From Vitrella brassicaformis CCMP3155 (lineage: Eukaryota > Protista > Chromerida): DNA of 64,000 bases. The translations under genes were made by a program, and so were the position numbers. The notes beneath the pieces were generated by a model, which did not search any database, had not been told where the DNA came from, and worked only from the letters and a program-made list of their open reading frames with translations. This document shows, piece by piece, positions 12,540 through 25,190 of this stretch. The stretch covers positions 249,720-313,719 of the forward strand of contig CDMY01000613.1 of NCBI GenBank assembly GCA_001179505.1, in the 5' to 3' direction. The number at the start of each line of letters is the position of its first letter. Position 1 is the stretch's first letter.

Positions 12540-14796
12540 TCTCGGCGGTTAAAAGGTTGCTGTAGGTGAATGGTGCTGAGTAAGTGTATGTGTATGTGTC
12601 TGTGGTACACATCCCATCTCCCCAGTCACTCAGGCGGCACATGCACCTGAGCAACCAAAGGAACACATTGTCTCTCTCTCTCTCTCTGTGTGTGTGTGCG
12701 TGCGTGTGTGTGTGTGTGTGTGCGTCTGCCGACCCACCCCGTGTTGCGCTGCATCCTCGACCCACTGCTTCAGCGTCAGCTGCTCGCCATAGTCCAGGTC
12801 CAGCCACTCCTGCATGTGCTCATACATCTTCTCGTCATCCAGCTCACTCATCGTCTGCAGAGCGCGCCCACTCATCTTGTACTGCAACAAGCCGCCAGGC
12901 AGCCGAGCAAAACAGATAGACAGACAGACAGACACCACCGTATGCCACACGTGTGTCAGCATTGGATGCCTCCCTTCCCTGTGACCTTTTTCAGTTTCAA
13001 CGCCATGCCAGACATGACCTCATCGGGGTCGGATGCGAAGACTCTCACCACCTGCTGGAGGGTCAGCTGCACTAGAGGTGTACCCTGCACACGCCCACGA
13101 CCCCCACCGCCCCCAGCACCACGGCCATGGCCACGGCCGCCACGGCCGCCAAGCCGACCCCCACCAGCAGATGCAGATCCAGACGCCGACGTAGACGCTT
13201 GACGACTAGACGACGCAGACGAGGCACCTGAAAGAATGAACGGATGGATGGCGACACAATCCATAGGATCGGACCCACTCGTCGTTTCGGCTGGGTGTGT
13301 CATAGGTATTGGTACCTGTCGCCTTCTTCCGCTTTGCTGCAGACTTTGGCACCGACTTCGCTGCGATCTCTATTGTGCGCTTCTTGTTCTTGGGCTGCTG
13401 GGGTGTCTCCTTGGCCTTCTGCTGCTTCTGCTTCTGCTCCGCCAGCCGATAGAGCGGTCGGCCTTCGGCATACGATGGCAGGATCGGCTGCTTGTCCTGC
13501 TGACGCTTCCGGTTCCTCGTGATGCGGTGGAAGGGGTCCTGTTCCTGAACCTCTTCCTCCTCCTCGACAGTGTCGTGTTGCTGCCGCTGGGCAGTGTCGT
13601 CCATCGTGGCGGCGGCGGTGGTGGTGTCTGCTGCAGTGGCGGGGGGACCGGACACCGTACCAACCTGAGGGCACACACCCAGGGAGGCACAGAGAGAAGG
13701 AGGCAATACACGTGTGTGGATGTTGAGACATGTGCGCAATCACTTGTTTCCCTCTTGCCCTCGGTGTGTACCTTGGTCTGCAGCACTCGGAGCCCTGACG
13801 GAGCGGAGATCGGCACGAGATGCGCTGATGGATGTGCAACTGCCTCACACCCACACACACAGAGAGGGAGGGGAGGGGAGGGGAAAGGCCGGATGATGCG
13901 GCACGATGCTGTGAGCGGATGCAGGCTCTCTGTCTGTCTGTCTTCCTCGGCAGATCTGACAGCTCTTTGTGAGGGAGCTCACCTCGTTCTACGTGGCGAT
14001 GTGGCAGACCACCGCACCTCTATCACTGCGCCGACGCTAAGACGCTCACACAGAAAGGCGCGTCATCCAAATCGCTCCGACGGATCGCGCAAATTTCCGT
14101 TCGTCGAAAGAAGAGGTCCGCACCTGCACACCGACAACGGCGGCAAGAAGGCGCATTTGGTCAGGCATAACCGAACAGGCAGACAGCACCGACGCACCTG
14201 ATCTGACGACGCTGTGTGTGCAGCGGAGGGGGCGCCACACGCGCCGTTCGTCCACTGGCCTGGCCGCACCACCGACGCAAGCAGCAGATGACCAACAAGC
14301 CCTGATCAACGACGTGGGCAACTGAGAGATTTCGGCGAGCACGCCAGACGCCGCATGAGAGAGCATTAGGCGGCTGTGCGGCTGCCGTTCATGGGATGCC
14401 GTCGGCGAAGTGCCTTGGCGGCCATCGCAGCTGACCGCCACTGCGTCAGAGGAGCAAGACCTCAGGGACCCTCTTACACGGCCGCTGTCCGTCGACGTCT
14501 TCAGTCAGTTGACTTGGCCGGAGAGACTGCCGAGCCCCCGGGCGGCAAGGGCGGTGCTGCAGTAATGAGCGGGCGGCGTCTGAGAGGCCAAGGGGACGCC
14601 GTGTGGGTCACCAGACGAGAGGGATGAGCGGAGCAAATGAGCACACTGTCAGGAGAGCGAAGAGGGTGAGGTGAGAAGGTGAGCCAGCAATCCACAGCAT
14701 CACATCTCACGGCGTCCTCGATGTCTGACTGTGTCCGGGAGGATTGGACGGGAGGGAGATCTTCTTGTGTGCGACCCTAGCTCGCAAACGACTCAT
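12540..14796 (-). CDS. Multi-exon protein with a Lys-rich basic tract, an RGG-rich segment and a tentative SAM-like domain; ends not resolved
   Basis: Exons read QPKNKKRTIEIAAKSVPKSAAKRKKA, GGRLGGRGGRGHGRGAGGGGGRGR, then LVQLTLQQVVRVF..KVTGK|GGLLQYKMSGRALQTMSELDDEKMYEHMQEWLDLDYGEQLTLKQWV, which resembles the SAM pattern. The ATG at 14796 is tentative. Confidence 0.4.
12670..12722 (+). repeat. Intronic (CT)n(GT)n compound microsatellite, representative of dozens of intronic SSRs in the window
   Basis: tctctctctctctctctgtgtgtgtgtgcgtgcgtgtgtgtgtg read directly. Similar (GT)n, (CTGT)n and (CATC)n tracts occur in most introns. Confidence 0.9.
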
Positions 14797-15650
14797 AAGG
14801 ATTTTTGAGACCTTTTGTGTTGTTTGTGTTCAACGGGGAGTTTAGGAATTGGCGTGTGTGTGGCGATCTGAAAGGGGTAGCGGTGATCCGACGCTTTGTT
14901 GATTTGCACGGCTTCTGAAGGCTCTAAGGCTTCAAGAGATTTCACAGGTAAGATGGACACCTTCAGAGCCGCACGCACACGCACCTGTGGCTGTGGTGCT
15001 GCGGTGCGTCGCTTCTTTTATCAGCAGAGTGTGTGTGAGTGCGCCATCGGCCGGAGTCGTCAGAGAGGAGCCGCCAGCCGCACGTCCAGCGGTCTTTTTG
15101 CCGAACAGATCTGTGCTTGTTCCGTGGGTCAGCTGCGCAACACAGAGAGCAACACAGCACTGCACTGTGACTGCAGCGGCCATTGGAAGAGACAGTTCTT
15201 CTTTTCCTGTGTGCGCTTTCTTTCAGGTGAGTTGCGGCTGCAGTCTGAGATCATGCAGGGCAGTAACTGTTTGCCAGATGACCGCTCGTGTCCTAAAGGG
15301 AAGCGAGGTAGAGTCGCTTGTATTGAACTGTGAGAGGCAGCTAGCTGCATCGGTGCATGTGTTAGCGCGTGGCTGCACGTACATGTAGACTGAGACATGT
15401 GATCTGAGCAGCAGCAGCTAACGCGCTTCTTACGGTGATCGAGTGGGACACATGCAGTGCAGGTGGCATGTAGTTGTTAAGGGTCAGTCAATTCAGAAGA
15501 GGAAGCAAACGGCCAAAAGCCTCATTCATCCAATGTCCGCTAGTTACATACACACATACACACACAAACAGCGATACACTACACCCCTCCTCGAACAAAC
15601 ACGAGGCGGCCTATCTGTCTAGCAAGAACGAACACCACTCATTGCCTACC

Positions 15651-18600
15651 CTACAGGGCACCGAACCATTGGGACAGCCAGGCGGCGTCTGCCACATCGT
15701 TGAGTGCGCCCGGCATGCTGGGCGCCTGCGGCCAGTCGACGGCATCGTAGAAGAGCCTGCTGCTGGAGAATAGAGGGGTGGACCAGCCGGCAATGAACTC
15801 CAACGCCTCGTTGTACACTTCGTCTGCCTGCACACCACACCACACCACACCACACCGCACCACCAACAAACAAACGACGAGAGACGTGACGGACGGACAC
15901 CACCACGAGCGGGCCAAGCTGCCTGTCTCTGCTCTCCGCGTATGTGGCCGTCCTTGCCTTGTCGTTGAGGTACTGTTCGAGTGCCATGGGGCCGATGCCG
16001 GGGTTGGAGGTCAGGTATGAGGACACAAGGTTGGCGGCCTCGATGGTGCGCATGTACAGGTGGTCGTTGAATGCACGAACCTTGCTGGGCTCGCTCATAT
16101 ACTGCCTGTCGAACTGCAGCCAGGGCACACGACACGGAAGAAACATGAGGTCGGTGAGACAGTGTGTACGCTGCGTGGCAGAGAATCGATCCCTGACGGG
16201 TGTCTGTCCCCTCACCACCTACTCTACTCACCCCTTTCTTCTTGGTGGTGACTTTTTCGGCGAACCTGTCGATCCTCTCGCCGACTTGTCTCTTCTGGCC
16301 CTCCCACCCGAGGTCCGCCACTCTGGTGGGCACCCTCTCCCCCATCATGCCCCCGCTAATCGTCCCGCCAGACGAGGGCTGCAGATGGAACTGCACGATA
16401 GTCGCCACATCCATGGCCGTCAAGCCGGGAAACAGTGGCGGCGTGACCCCCGGTATCCCTCCACCCAAAACCGGATCCAGCAAAGACGGACCGGTCTGGA
16501 GCGGCATCAGCTCGTTCAAGAGGTCCGTCTCGGCGGGCTGGAGGAGGGACGACGTGCCTCCTGTGAGGCCGGGGAGGAGTGACGGCTGCTGCTGCTGCTG
16601 GGGGGTGAGGAGTGCCTCGGCCTCGCTGAGGATGCCCTGGGCGGCCGCAGCACCGCCGTCCACAATGCCAGAGGTGGTGGCAGCGATGCCGCCCAGGGGA
16701 TCGACGCCCATGCCCATGCCCATGCCGCCCATGCCGACTCCCATGCCGATGCCTGCGAGCGGCTGGGTCACCATCGATTCCAGGCTCGATGCAGCTCGTC
16801 GCACGAGGTAGTCGTCCTGACAAGCATACATCAACACACACACACATACGTCAGCTTTGTGGGTAACTCAGTGAGAGACTGACCACGAGATTGGTTGAGA
16901 GGAGGCTTGTGGATGTGGGGGCGAAGCCCAGCTGCAGCCTTCTCCTCCGGCTGTTGGCAGCCCTCCCCCTGACGAGGCCGTCGAAGAATGTCGTCACCTC
17001 GGTTCTGACGCTGGTCATGGCCTCGGTGCCGAGACTGGTGATGGCCGTGGGGGTCAGGATGGCCTGGATGACCTTGTCAATGTCGCCCGCCTGGATGGAA
17101 CCGGCCTTGTCCATGGTACCCTTGACCGCCTTCTCCGCATCGGTGCTTCACGAAGAGAACGAAAGACAGAAAGACACACACACACACATACACTCATGAC
17201 GATGGACGGGCTGGGCTGCATCTGTGTGGTTGATACGATACCCACACAGACACGTGTCTGGATGCTTCTCACTTACTATTGTGGGTTGATGAGGGCATCG
17301 AATCTGTAGAGGTAGGCGCCCAGCAGCTCCTCACCCATCGACATGATGTAGTTGGCCGGCTCCTCAACTATACACACACACACACACACAGAGACTGCGA
17401 ATATGTGTGTGACGTTCTGCCTCACTTGTGTGTGTGATGATGTTTTCGATGAAGGCCGTGATGTCCTTCATAAAGTTGGGAAGCTCTGAGAGCGGCAGTT
17501 GAGTCAAGTATGTGATGAGCTGCACACACACACACACACACACGCACAGACGAATGACAGACACACAAATGGAGATGACGTGCAATGTCTCCCTCCTCCC
17601 TCCCCTCCGAGGAATCTGTGCTATGCCAGGTCATGGTGCAGTGCACTGGACGCCCACTTTGTTTAGGTTGCCGTATGTGAAGGGTGCAACCATGTCGATG
17701 AAGCCGTGGAAGTGATCCGGGTCGAACAGAGGCATCATGCCCCACACCTGACACACACACAGACACCGTGAGACACATTAGATGGGTGCGCGGGGAGGAG
17801 AGAACCTCTGCGCATCCACCCGTCCACCCATACCGTCTTTGCGACTTTCTCCAGGAAGGAGACCGCGAGTTTGAGGATCTCCATCGGGTGCCCCGCGAAC
17901 TTCTTGAACCCTGCCAGCCACTTGGCCGTCAGCTCTTTACCCCTGTCCGGGAGCTTCCCCAGGATCTCGGTGAATTCCTTGAGGAAAGGGATGTCCGGGG
18001 TCACGATCGACCCGCCATAGGTCAGCACGTCCAGGAAGGGGATAGTGGGCGTCGGGAGGCTGCCCGCGAGGCCCGCCAGCGACCCCGCGATCTTGCTGGG
18101 GACGACCAGGAGCTCCTCGAAGGGGTTGTAGATGGGCAGGCCTTTCGGAAACCCGGCCGGGGGCGGGGGAATGAGGTCAAGGAGGCCCTTGAAGTACTTG
18201 TCCACATGGAGGAGGTCCGGCACGTGGGGCAGCACTGGGGGCAGGTAGGGCAGCTTGAAGTAGGCCCCGACGAAGTGCTCGGCGATGGCGAGCCACTCAT
18301 GGGCGAGCCTCTCGACGAGGCCCTGGATCTCTTTGACCACGGGCGGCGTCGTGATGGCCGTGGGGAGCAGCATCGACAGGTGGGAGCTGCTCAGCTGGCC
18401 CAGCAGGACGTGGTAGCCATCCACCTGACATACACACACATACACACACATATATAGCAAAGCATCTGTGGCTGTCCCATCCCACCCCCGATTCTTCCAA
18501 CTATCCCTCACTCACCGCGAGTTTGGGCAGGTACTGGTCGAACAGTGTCTTCTGGTCATGTCCCGCCTCCTTGTGATGTCCGTCGCCGCCCAGCCGCAGC

Positions 18601-21600
18601 AGCTCCAAAAAGGGCGCCAGGACGTGCTCCAGGAAGCCTCCCCACTCATCCGGACTCAGCAGGTCCATGACCGGCTTGGGCAGCCCTGTCAGGAGAGAGG
18701 GCGTGATCTCGTAGCCACCCTTGAGAGCGTCCTGGAAGAGCTTGAACAGCCCCTTGTCGAAGCTGTCGGCCAAGCGCTCGATCGCGGGAATGCGCAGCTG
18801 GGCGTCCTTGATGATCGCCGCGGCCACGTCTCTGAGGTAATTGGCGCGAGATTTCTCGTTGACGGGGCCTGACAGGTCGAAGTAGCGACGGAACTCGCGC
18901 AGCACTGCACACGCAACGTCATGCAACAGACACAGACACACCACGTAGCGGGAGGGTACATGTCTCTGCCGCTGCTGCTGGTGCAGAGGTGTGTGTCTGA
19001 ATGTCTCACTCTTGCCGCCCTCATGCGAGACGAAGTTGATGGATGCGACGTCCCAGAATCCGCCGCTGAGAATCTTGCTGAATGGCTCGAAGGCCTTGAC
19101 GAGCTCCTTGACGAACATGTCCAAGATCTCCATAGTCTTGCTCAAAGGGCTCTTGAAGAAACCGGCCAAGGCCTTAGTCGCAGCGCCGCCACCAATGGGC
19201 TTCGTCAGCTCGGGCTTCGTCAGCTCACCCTACGCACACAATCGAGCAGAGATGCAGGCGGGACCCCCACGATTGCCCGTCCGGACCATCAGGTGGGATG
19301 CGAGATCGTCGAGGTGCGTGAGTGCGTCGAGGGGCTGGAAGTGGGGCACCTTGACGGGCGGGGGTGGCAGGAACGGCAGCTTGGGGAACATCTCGGCGTA
19401 CGTCCTGGCCTCGTAGAACAGCTGCACTCACACACAACAAAGACGGAGGGGGACATCCATTGCTTCTGTGGGTCTGTGCTGTGTGGGGGTGCTGTGCTGT
19501 GCCGGGCTGTGCTGTGCTGTGCTGTGCTGTGTGTGTCTGGCGTCACCTCCTTGGCCAAGCGGGTCATGAACTCATAGACATCGGTTGTCACCTCTGCCCG
19601 CAAGAACCAAGAAAAACTACATATTATAATCGACTGGTGCAGCAGCAGCACTCTCTTTCTCACTCTCTGCGTATCCGGCAGCTGGCTGGAGCAGCTTGAA
19701 GCCCTCAATAACATTGACGCTCATCATGTTTTCGAAGACGTGCTTCTCCGCCTCGCAGTCGGCCTTCTCGCATGAGTAGCCGCCCGCCGCGAGAATCTTG
19801 TGGAAGGTGGCGGCGAGCTGCTGCATCATGTGGACGAATGGCGCCAGGGCCTCCTGCAGAAAGGTGTGGAGCTCCAGGTCGGTATACTCGACTATCTTGC
19901 CGTTGCGGTCGCCCATGAAGATGTCGGCCAGGGGCTTCAGCAAGTCGTATCCAATGGAGATCGGCTGGATGGCGGTGCTGAGCAGCGTAGGCTCTCGCTC
20001 AATCCCCAGGTTCGTTATGTACACCTCGCCGGCGGCTTGGTTCTTGCTTGGGGGCTTGCTGGGGTCGTACATGAGGCGCCGTCTGGCCTTGGGGCCGAAT
20101 GTCTGGCTGAAGAAGAGGTCGCAGAGGGACTTCTCAAAGGACTTGTCCGGGAAGCGATCGCAAGTGGGGATGCGGGCCGTGACGCCGGCCAGGAGCTCCG
20201 TGGCGAGCTTCTCGAAGTAGCTCAGCAGCTCATTTCGAGGAAGCTTATCCACCCACCCCTTGCCCATCTTCAGAAACGTCTCAACATCTGAAGAAGGGAT
20301 GTGGTGCGAGCGTGTGTGTATGGCGGGTTCTGTCTCTCTCTCTCTTGTCTGTCGATAGGGTTGCGTACACTTGGCAGCCGTGTGCGAGATGAAGTCGCGA
20401 AAAGCGTCCGCATAGCCTTTGAATTCGCCGGCGATGGTGGTCCACACGCCGAGGGCTTGATTGTACATGGGCATCACGAAGTCGTTGAGGAATGTCTCAA
20501 TCGGCTCGATCATGACTTCCAGCCCCAAAGCGGGCAAAACCATTCCCAGTTCTTCCTTGCCGGTGGGCTGCCTGTTGGCAAACATGCCCTGAATATACAG
20601 CCAAGGGAGACACAAGAGACGCGAAAGCAGGCTTTGTAGGTCATTATGGTTTATCAGCCCTTATATTGTGGATACGTGTCGTATACTACCGAGATAAGCT
20701 TGGTGAGATCGTCCAGCACAGAAAGCGGCAGGAAGTCGACTTCCGGCGATGTGTAGAGGCTCCAGCCCTTGGGCCCCAGCGTCTCTAGGTCAAAAGCGAT
20801 CAGGCTCTGCAGGTCGACAATTTCGCCGGGGAATTTGGTGGGGATTCCTGTGAGCAGGTCCAACGCCTCCTGAGGCAGAAAACAAGCCAGACAGCATGAC
20901 ACATCTTCTGCAGAAGTGAATGCTCGAGGAACATGATTAGTCAATTGACCGACTGTCGGCGTGTCTCGCCGTCTGTCTGTCTGTCTGTCATCCTTTTGGC
21001 TACCCTGATGATCGTGTCGCTATCGAATTTGAGCAGCTCCTCAATGCTGCCTGAAGCAAGCGTGAATGAGTGAGTGTCGATCTTCTTATGTTTCCAGCTA
21101 CTGTCAAGTTTGAGAGCTACCTTCGAAGTAGAAGTAGGGCGGCAGATGGCGGGCCAGCTCGGCAGCACGGGTCGTCACGTAGCCCAGCATAGACGACACC
21201 GTGTCCGGAGGGTGGCTGCCCACACGAATCGCCGCACGCGTCTTGGCCACAACTGCACCCACAACGGCACGCACAATCAAAATGCGTCTTCATTATGCAC
21301 ACATGGCGATGCATGTCTCCCGTGTGTTGTGTGCGTATCGACCGAGCTGCAGGAACTCCAGGAGTTTGGGGTAGACAGTGGGCTCGTATCCCTGGAGGTC
21401 GGGGAGCTTCATGAGGCTCTCCAGCCTGAGTGGCGTGCCCACGACGATGGCCTTGCGCAGCAGGTCCTCCAGGCCCTCGGCCATAGTCTTGGGAGTGTCC
21501 ATGCCGGCCTCCACTGCCGCGGAGAGCAGGCTGTCCAAGTCCCATCGCAGGGGGAACTCATCACTCAGCAACTCTGAACGAGGTACCACAAACGAAGAAG

Positions 21601-22044
21601 CAAACGAACAAGCAGAGAAACGAGCGCCACTCAAGTTGGTGCACGTAGCTCTTGCTTGTCCTCATCGTGTACTTGGCGGCTCGTAGTTTCGAATAGCTAC
21701 TGGGAATGCAGTCGCAGTTGTGGCAACCAAACTGATCGTAACCCCAAGCAGACCAGAAAGCATTTGTGGGATGGCCAGACAACACATGCATTCCAGATGC
21801 CCGCCCACCTTTGTGTGAATGCCGCCATGTCGGCAGCCGCCGCCCCCGCTGTGTCGATGAGAGTCGGCTCCAGGAAGGAGGTGGCACCTGACCATTACCC
21901 AAGCACACACACGGACGCATCTCGCCATGATACGTGCTTCACGATGACGTTGCGTGTCAGCTTGCCAGTACCGGGGGTCTGGGCCATCACGGGGGCCGCC
22001 AGGAGGCAGCAGAGGGCGGTCAGGAGCACGACGACGGGCTTCAT
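15651..22044 (-). CDS. Large secreted, mostly helical protein of unknown function with an internal duplication and an RRRRLQ site
   Basis: Signal peptide MKPVVVLLTALCCLLAAPVMA-QTP (ATG 22044). Coherent exons lie in ORFs 21293-21634, 20654-20944, 19617-20615, 18501-19169, 17735-18511, 16851-17114, 15611-16843, 15646-16218 and 15651-15917; ends WLSQWFGAL*. Confidence 0.7.
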
Positions 22045-22233
22045 TAGCAGTGGGAGGGGGAAGAAAGGGAGGGAGGGAACTTCTCTGGGGCCGGGTGTTT
22101 TAGGGTAAGCTGTGAAGAGTAGTGAGACTAGCTCGCTCCCTTTTGTTGTCCCTTTCCTCCTTTCTCCTCCCTTTCTCCCCTTCCCCTCCTCCCCCCCCGT
22201 TTTTCCTTTCGCTCCCATCTCACCAACACCCAC
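22045..22233. promoter_or_regulatory. Putative bidirectional promoter between the secreted-protein gene and the DUF676 lipase gene
   Basis: 189 nt between divergent ATGs, with a purine tract on one side and a pyrimidine tract on the other. Confidence 0.4.
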
Positions 22234-24155
22234 ATGGCAGTCGACAGGTGCGCCTGGTGCAGCCATTGAGAGCTGTGCGTACACTGCTGCCATGGATCTC
22301 CTTGTGTCTTCGTCAGGGATTCTCTCGTTGGCTCTCGTGCTCTACGTAGAGACGCGACAGCCCCCCCATCACGGCTTTCACTCAGATTCGGCGACTCTCC
22401 ACGAACAAGGAACTCCCTCGGCACGCCGTCACACGCTCCTGCCTTCCCCCCCTCCAAGGACAAGAGCTCGTCACAGCTCGTGGCAAATAGGGTCCTCTCA
22501 CAACTCAAGAGGCACCCCTCGCGGCCCGGTGGTGTGCTTGGTCTGGTGTTGCGTGCTGGTGTCGTGTGGCTGCTGCTGATGGTGGCCTACGAGATCCACT
22601 GGCTGCATCAAGTCATGACGACACAGCAGACGTGGACGTGCCCAGACCGGCCTGCCGACCATGTCATCTTCCTCGCACATGGCTGGATCAGCCAACCAGA
22701 CGCCATGGATGGTATGGTACACACCCAAAAACCCCAAGACACACACGTCCACACCTATAGCTGAGAAGCTTCGTGTGGACGTCTGTCGCTGTCTGTCTGT
22801 TTGTTTGTTTTGTGTGTCAGTGATGGCGATGGAGATCTCTGATCGCGCGCGGAGCCTTTACTCGACGAGCAACGGCAACAGCACTGACGATGGCGGCCCA
22901 TGCGTCTTGATCCACAAGCTACACGCAAACTGGGGCATGGTTAGAAGCTGGTTTGCAACGGCCGACGGCATTGACTCCGGTGGACGGCGAATTGCCTCCG
23001 TAAGCCAGCACTCACCAAGGGAAAAGGCGACACACGTGTCGGACTCGATTGTTCTTGTGACTCTCTCTTGGCCTTTCCCTTGTCGGTCGCAGGAGATGCG
23101 TCAGGTGATTGCGTCGCACCCATCGCTCCGGAAGATGTCACTGGTGGCTCACTCGATGGGCGGGGTCTACGGGCGCTATGCTCTCGGCACCCTTCTCATG
23201 CAAGATGACCAGCGCGAGAAAGCCGAAGGCGGGGCCCTGATTGCCGGCCTCAGGCCAGTCAACTTCGTGACAATGGGCAGCCCTCACGCTGGCGTCGATG
23301 GCCACTTCTTCCCCGTCTTTGAGGAGCTTGGCGCCCTCCTGTACCTCGTGGACCTGCCCTTTGCCCTCGGCGACTTGCTGCGGCGTGTGCTTCCTCTCGG
23401 CGCCAAATACGGCCGCACCTTCACGCAGCTCTTTCTGAGGGACGGAGGCGAGTTTTTCGACCGCATCTCTGACCCCAACGGGCCGTTCTTTCGAGCTTTG
23501 GCAAGGTTCCAGGCGCGAAACGCCATTGCTGCTGCAGAGGTGACTGAGTGAGAACACACACGCACCTTCATCAATCGGTCCCCACGACGCATGCATATCT
23601 GACTGAGACGCTTGTTGGTGTCCTTTTCGCCGCCTGAATTCCCTGCAGCATGACTACCTTGTACCTTGCGCGTCATCGACAGTGCTGACGTCGTGTCCGT
23701 TTGAGTACAAGCACCTCGAGGACCCTGACTACCCCCACGTGATAGCGACCTACGCCACCATAGCTGATCCATCTCGAATGGCGCACCCCTCCCACCCCCC
23801 GCCCCCCGAAGTCCACGAGTGCCCAACCGTCCAGGAGCTGGGCCACGGCAAAGGCCTCTACCATCGGTCGACACTCGAGCATACCTTGGTCACCCGGCTG
23901 GCCGCTCTCGAGTGGACGCACACAATAGTGCGGTACCAGGGCTTTGCCAAGCTGTTCGCCCACCAGCTGCTGGTATACATGTTCCGGCGGTAAGCTGCCA
24001 ACACAACAGAAACACAACCCCTCTTTCCTCTGCACACACACAATGCTCATGGCTGTGTGTGTGTGTGTGTGTGGATGGATCGCAGGACGCTTGAGGTCAT
24101 CGGCGGCAAGTACCACGAGGTCCCCAAGTATGTCGCCGAACAACTCGTCTTTTGA
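22234..24155 (+). CDS. DUF676-type alpha/beta-hydrolase (putative lipase/serine esterase) with an N-terminal membrane anchor
   Basis: ATG GCA GTC GAC AG|GTGCGC splices into the frame of ORF 22480-22764. TM segment GVLGLVLRAGVVWLLLMVAYEI; HVIFLAHG; nucleophile elbow SLVAHSMGGVYGRYALG; PVNFVTMGSPHAG; C-terminal AHQLLV. Last exon TLEVIGGKYHEVPKYVAEQLVF*. Confidence 0.8.
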
Positions 24156-25190
24156 TCGGTGTGTGGATGGATGCCGGGATAGCTAGCTGACAACCACCCG
24201 ATCACCTACCTGGTGGAGCGGATGAAAGGAGGGCGATGTACGTTTGGCTGCTGAGCGTGCGTAGCGGAGGAAAAGCAGAAGGCAGTGCCATGGCGTGGCA
24301 TGGCGCGACGTGGGGGGGTGGGTGATGTGGCTGACGGATGCAGTGCATGGGAGGGGCCGTGTTGTGGCGCCGGCGCCTCAACCATGATGCCTGTAAGCAA
24401 GCAGCGTTCCTCGCGATCCGTGTGTGCGTCCGTGGTGTGGTGTGGTGTGAGCGGTTTTTCGCTTTCGCTCGGTCTGAGCCTCTGTGTTGCCTTGCTTGTC
24501 TCGTGAAGATCTCGATGTCTGATGTCTCTCTCTTGTCGTGTGTGTGTGTGTATGCGTGTTGAGTGACCCCGTGGTGTATTTGTTCGCCTTTATGCGGCCC
24601 GTATAGCTCACACTGCTGCATGTGGCGCGACGGCACATCGTCACGCCATCGGAGATGGATGATGCATCATGTGCGTGTGCTTCTTCCGGGTGGTGGGGTG
24701 TGAGTGATGTGGCTGTGTGGATGCATGGTCATGTCTGTGTCAGTGCATGTGTGTGTGTGGGTGGGTGGGTGTGTGTTGGTGTGTTGGTGTTGTGTGCATG
24801 TGGCTAGCCTTTTTCCAGTACCGTGTTCACTGCCGTAGGTCTCCGTGCACTAAGTTGCCTGTGCTTTGACTGTCTGGTGTTATTTTGGATGTGTGTGGTG
24901 CATGCGGTGCGTTGTGGACACACTCAAGATAGATATAGTAGGCAACTATGAGTCAGTCCTTGTAGACCTACGCTGTGCAGTCTTGGTGTCTGGCACCAAA
25001 TCGTGTTGCAATTAAACGTTCCGGTGCTTTCTAGAAAACGGGTTAGAGCTGGACTATTCCGCGAAAGGGAGAGAATTAAAAGTGCCCGTACAAGGATCGA
25101 CTTCCCTCCCCTGCCTCCCGCCTTGCTCCCTGCTTGCTCCCCCGTCGAGTGCACCCCTGCATCCTTCCCCTATTCGCCACCACCAGCATC

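Noticed and set aside
14800-15600. Plus-strand splice-like signals (CAG|GTAAGA near 14948, CAG|GTGAGT near 15228) and ORF 14896-15333
   Set aside because: I could not build a coherent coding model or recognise a motif. It could be a UTR or lncRNA, but the sequence alone does not support a call.
24600-25190. TGCATG motifs upstream of the OWP-like gene as ApiAP2-type sites
   Set aside because: TGCATG/CATGCA is scattered through introns and intergenic DNA across the window, so there is no visible local enrichment.
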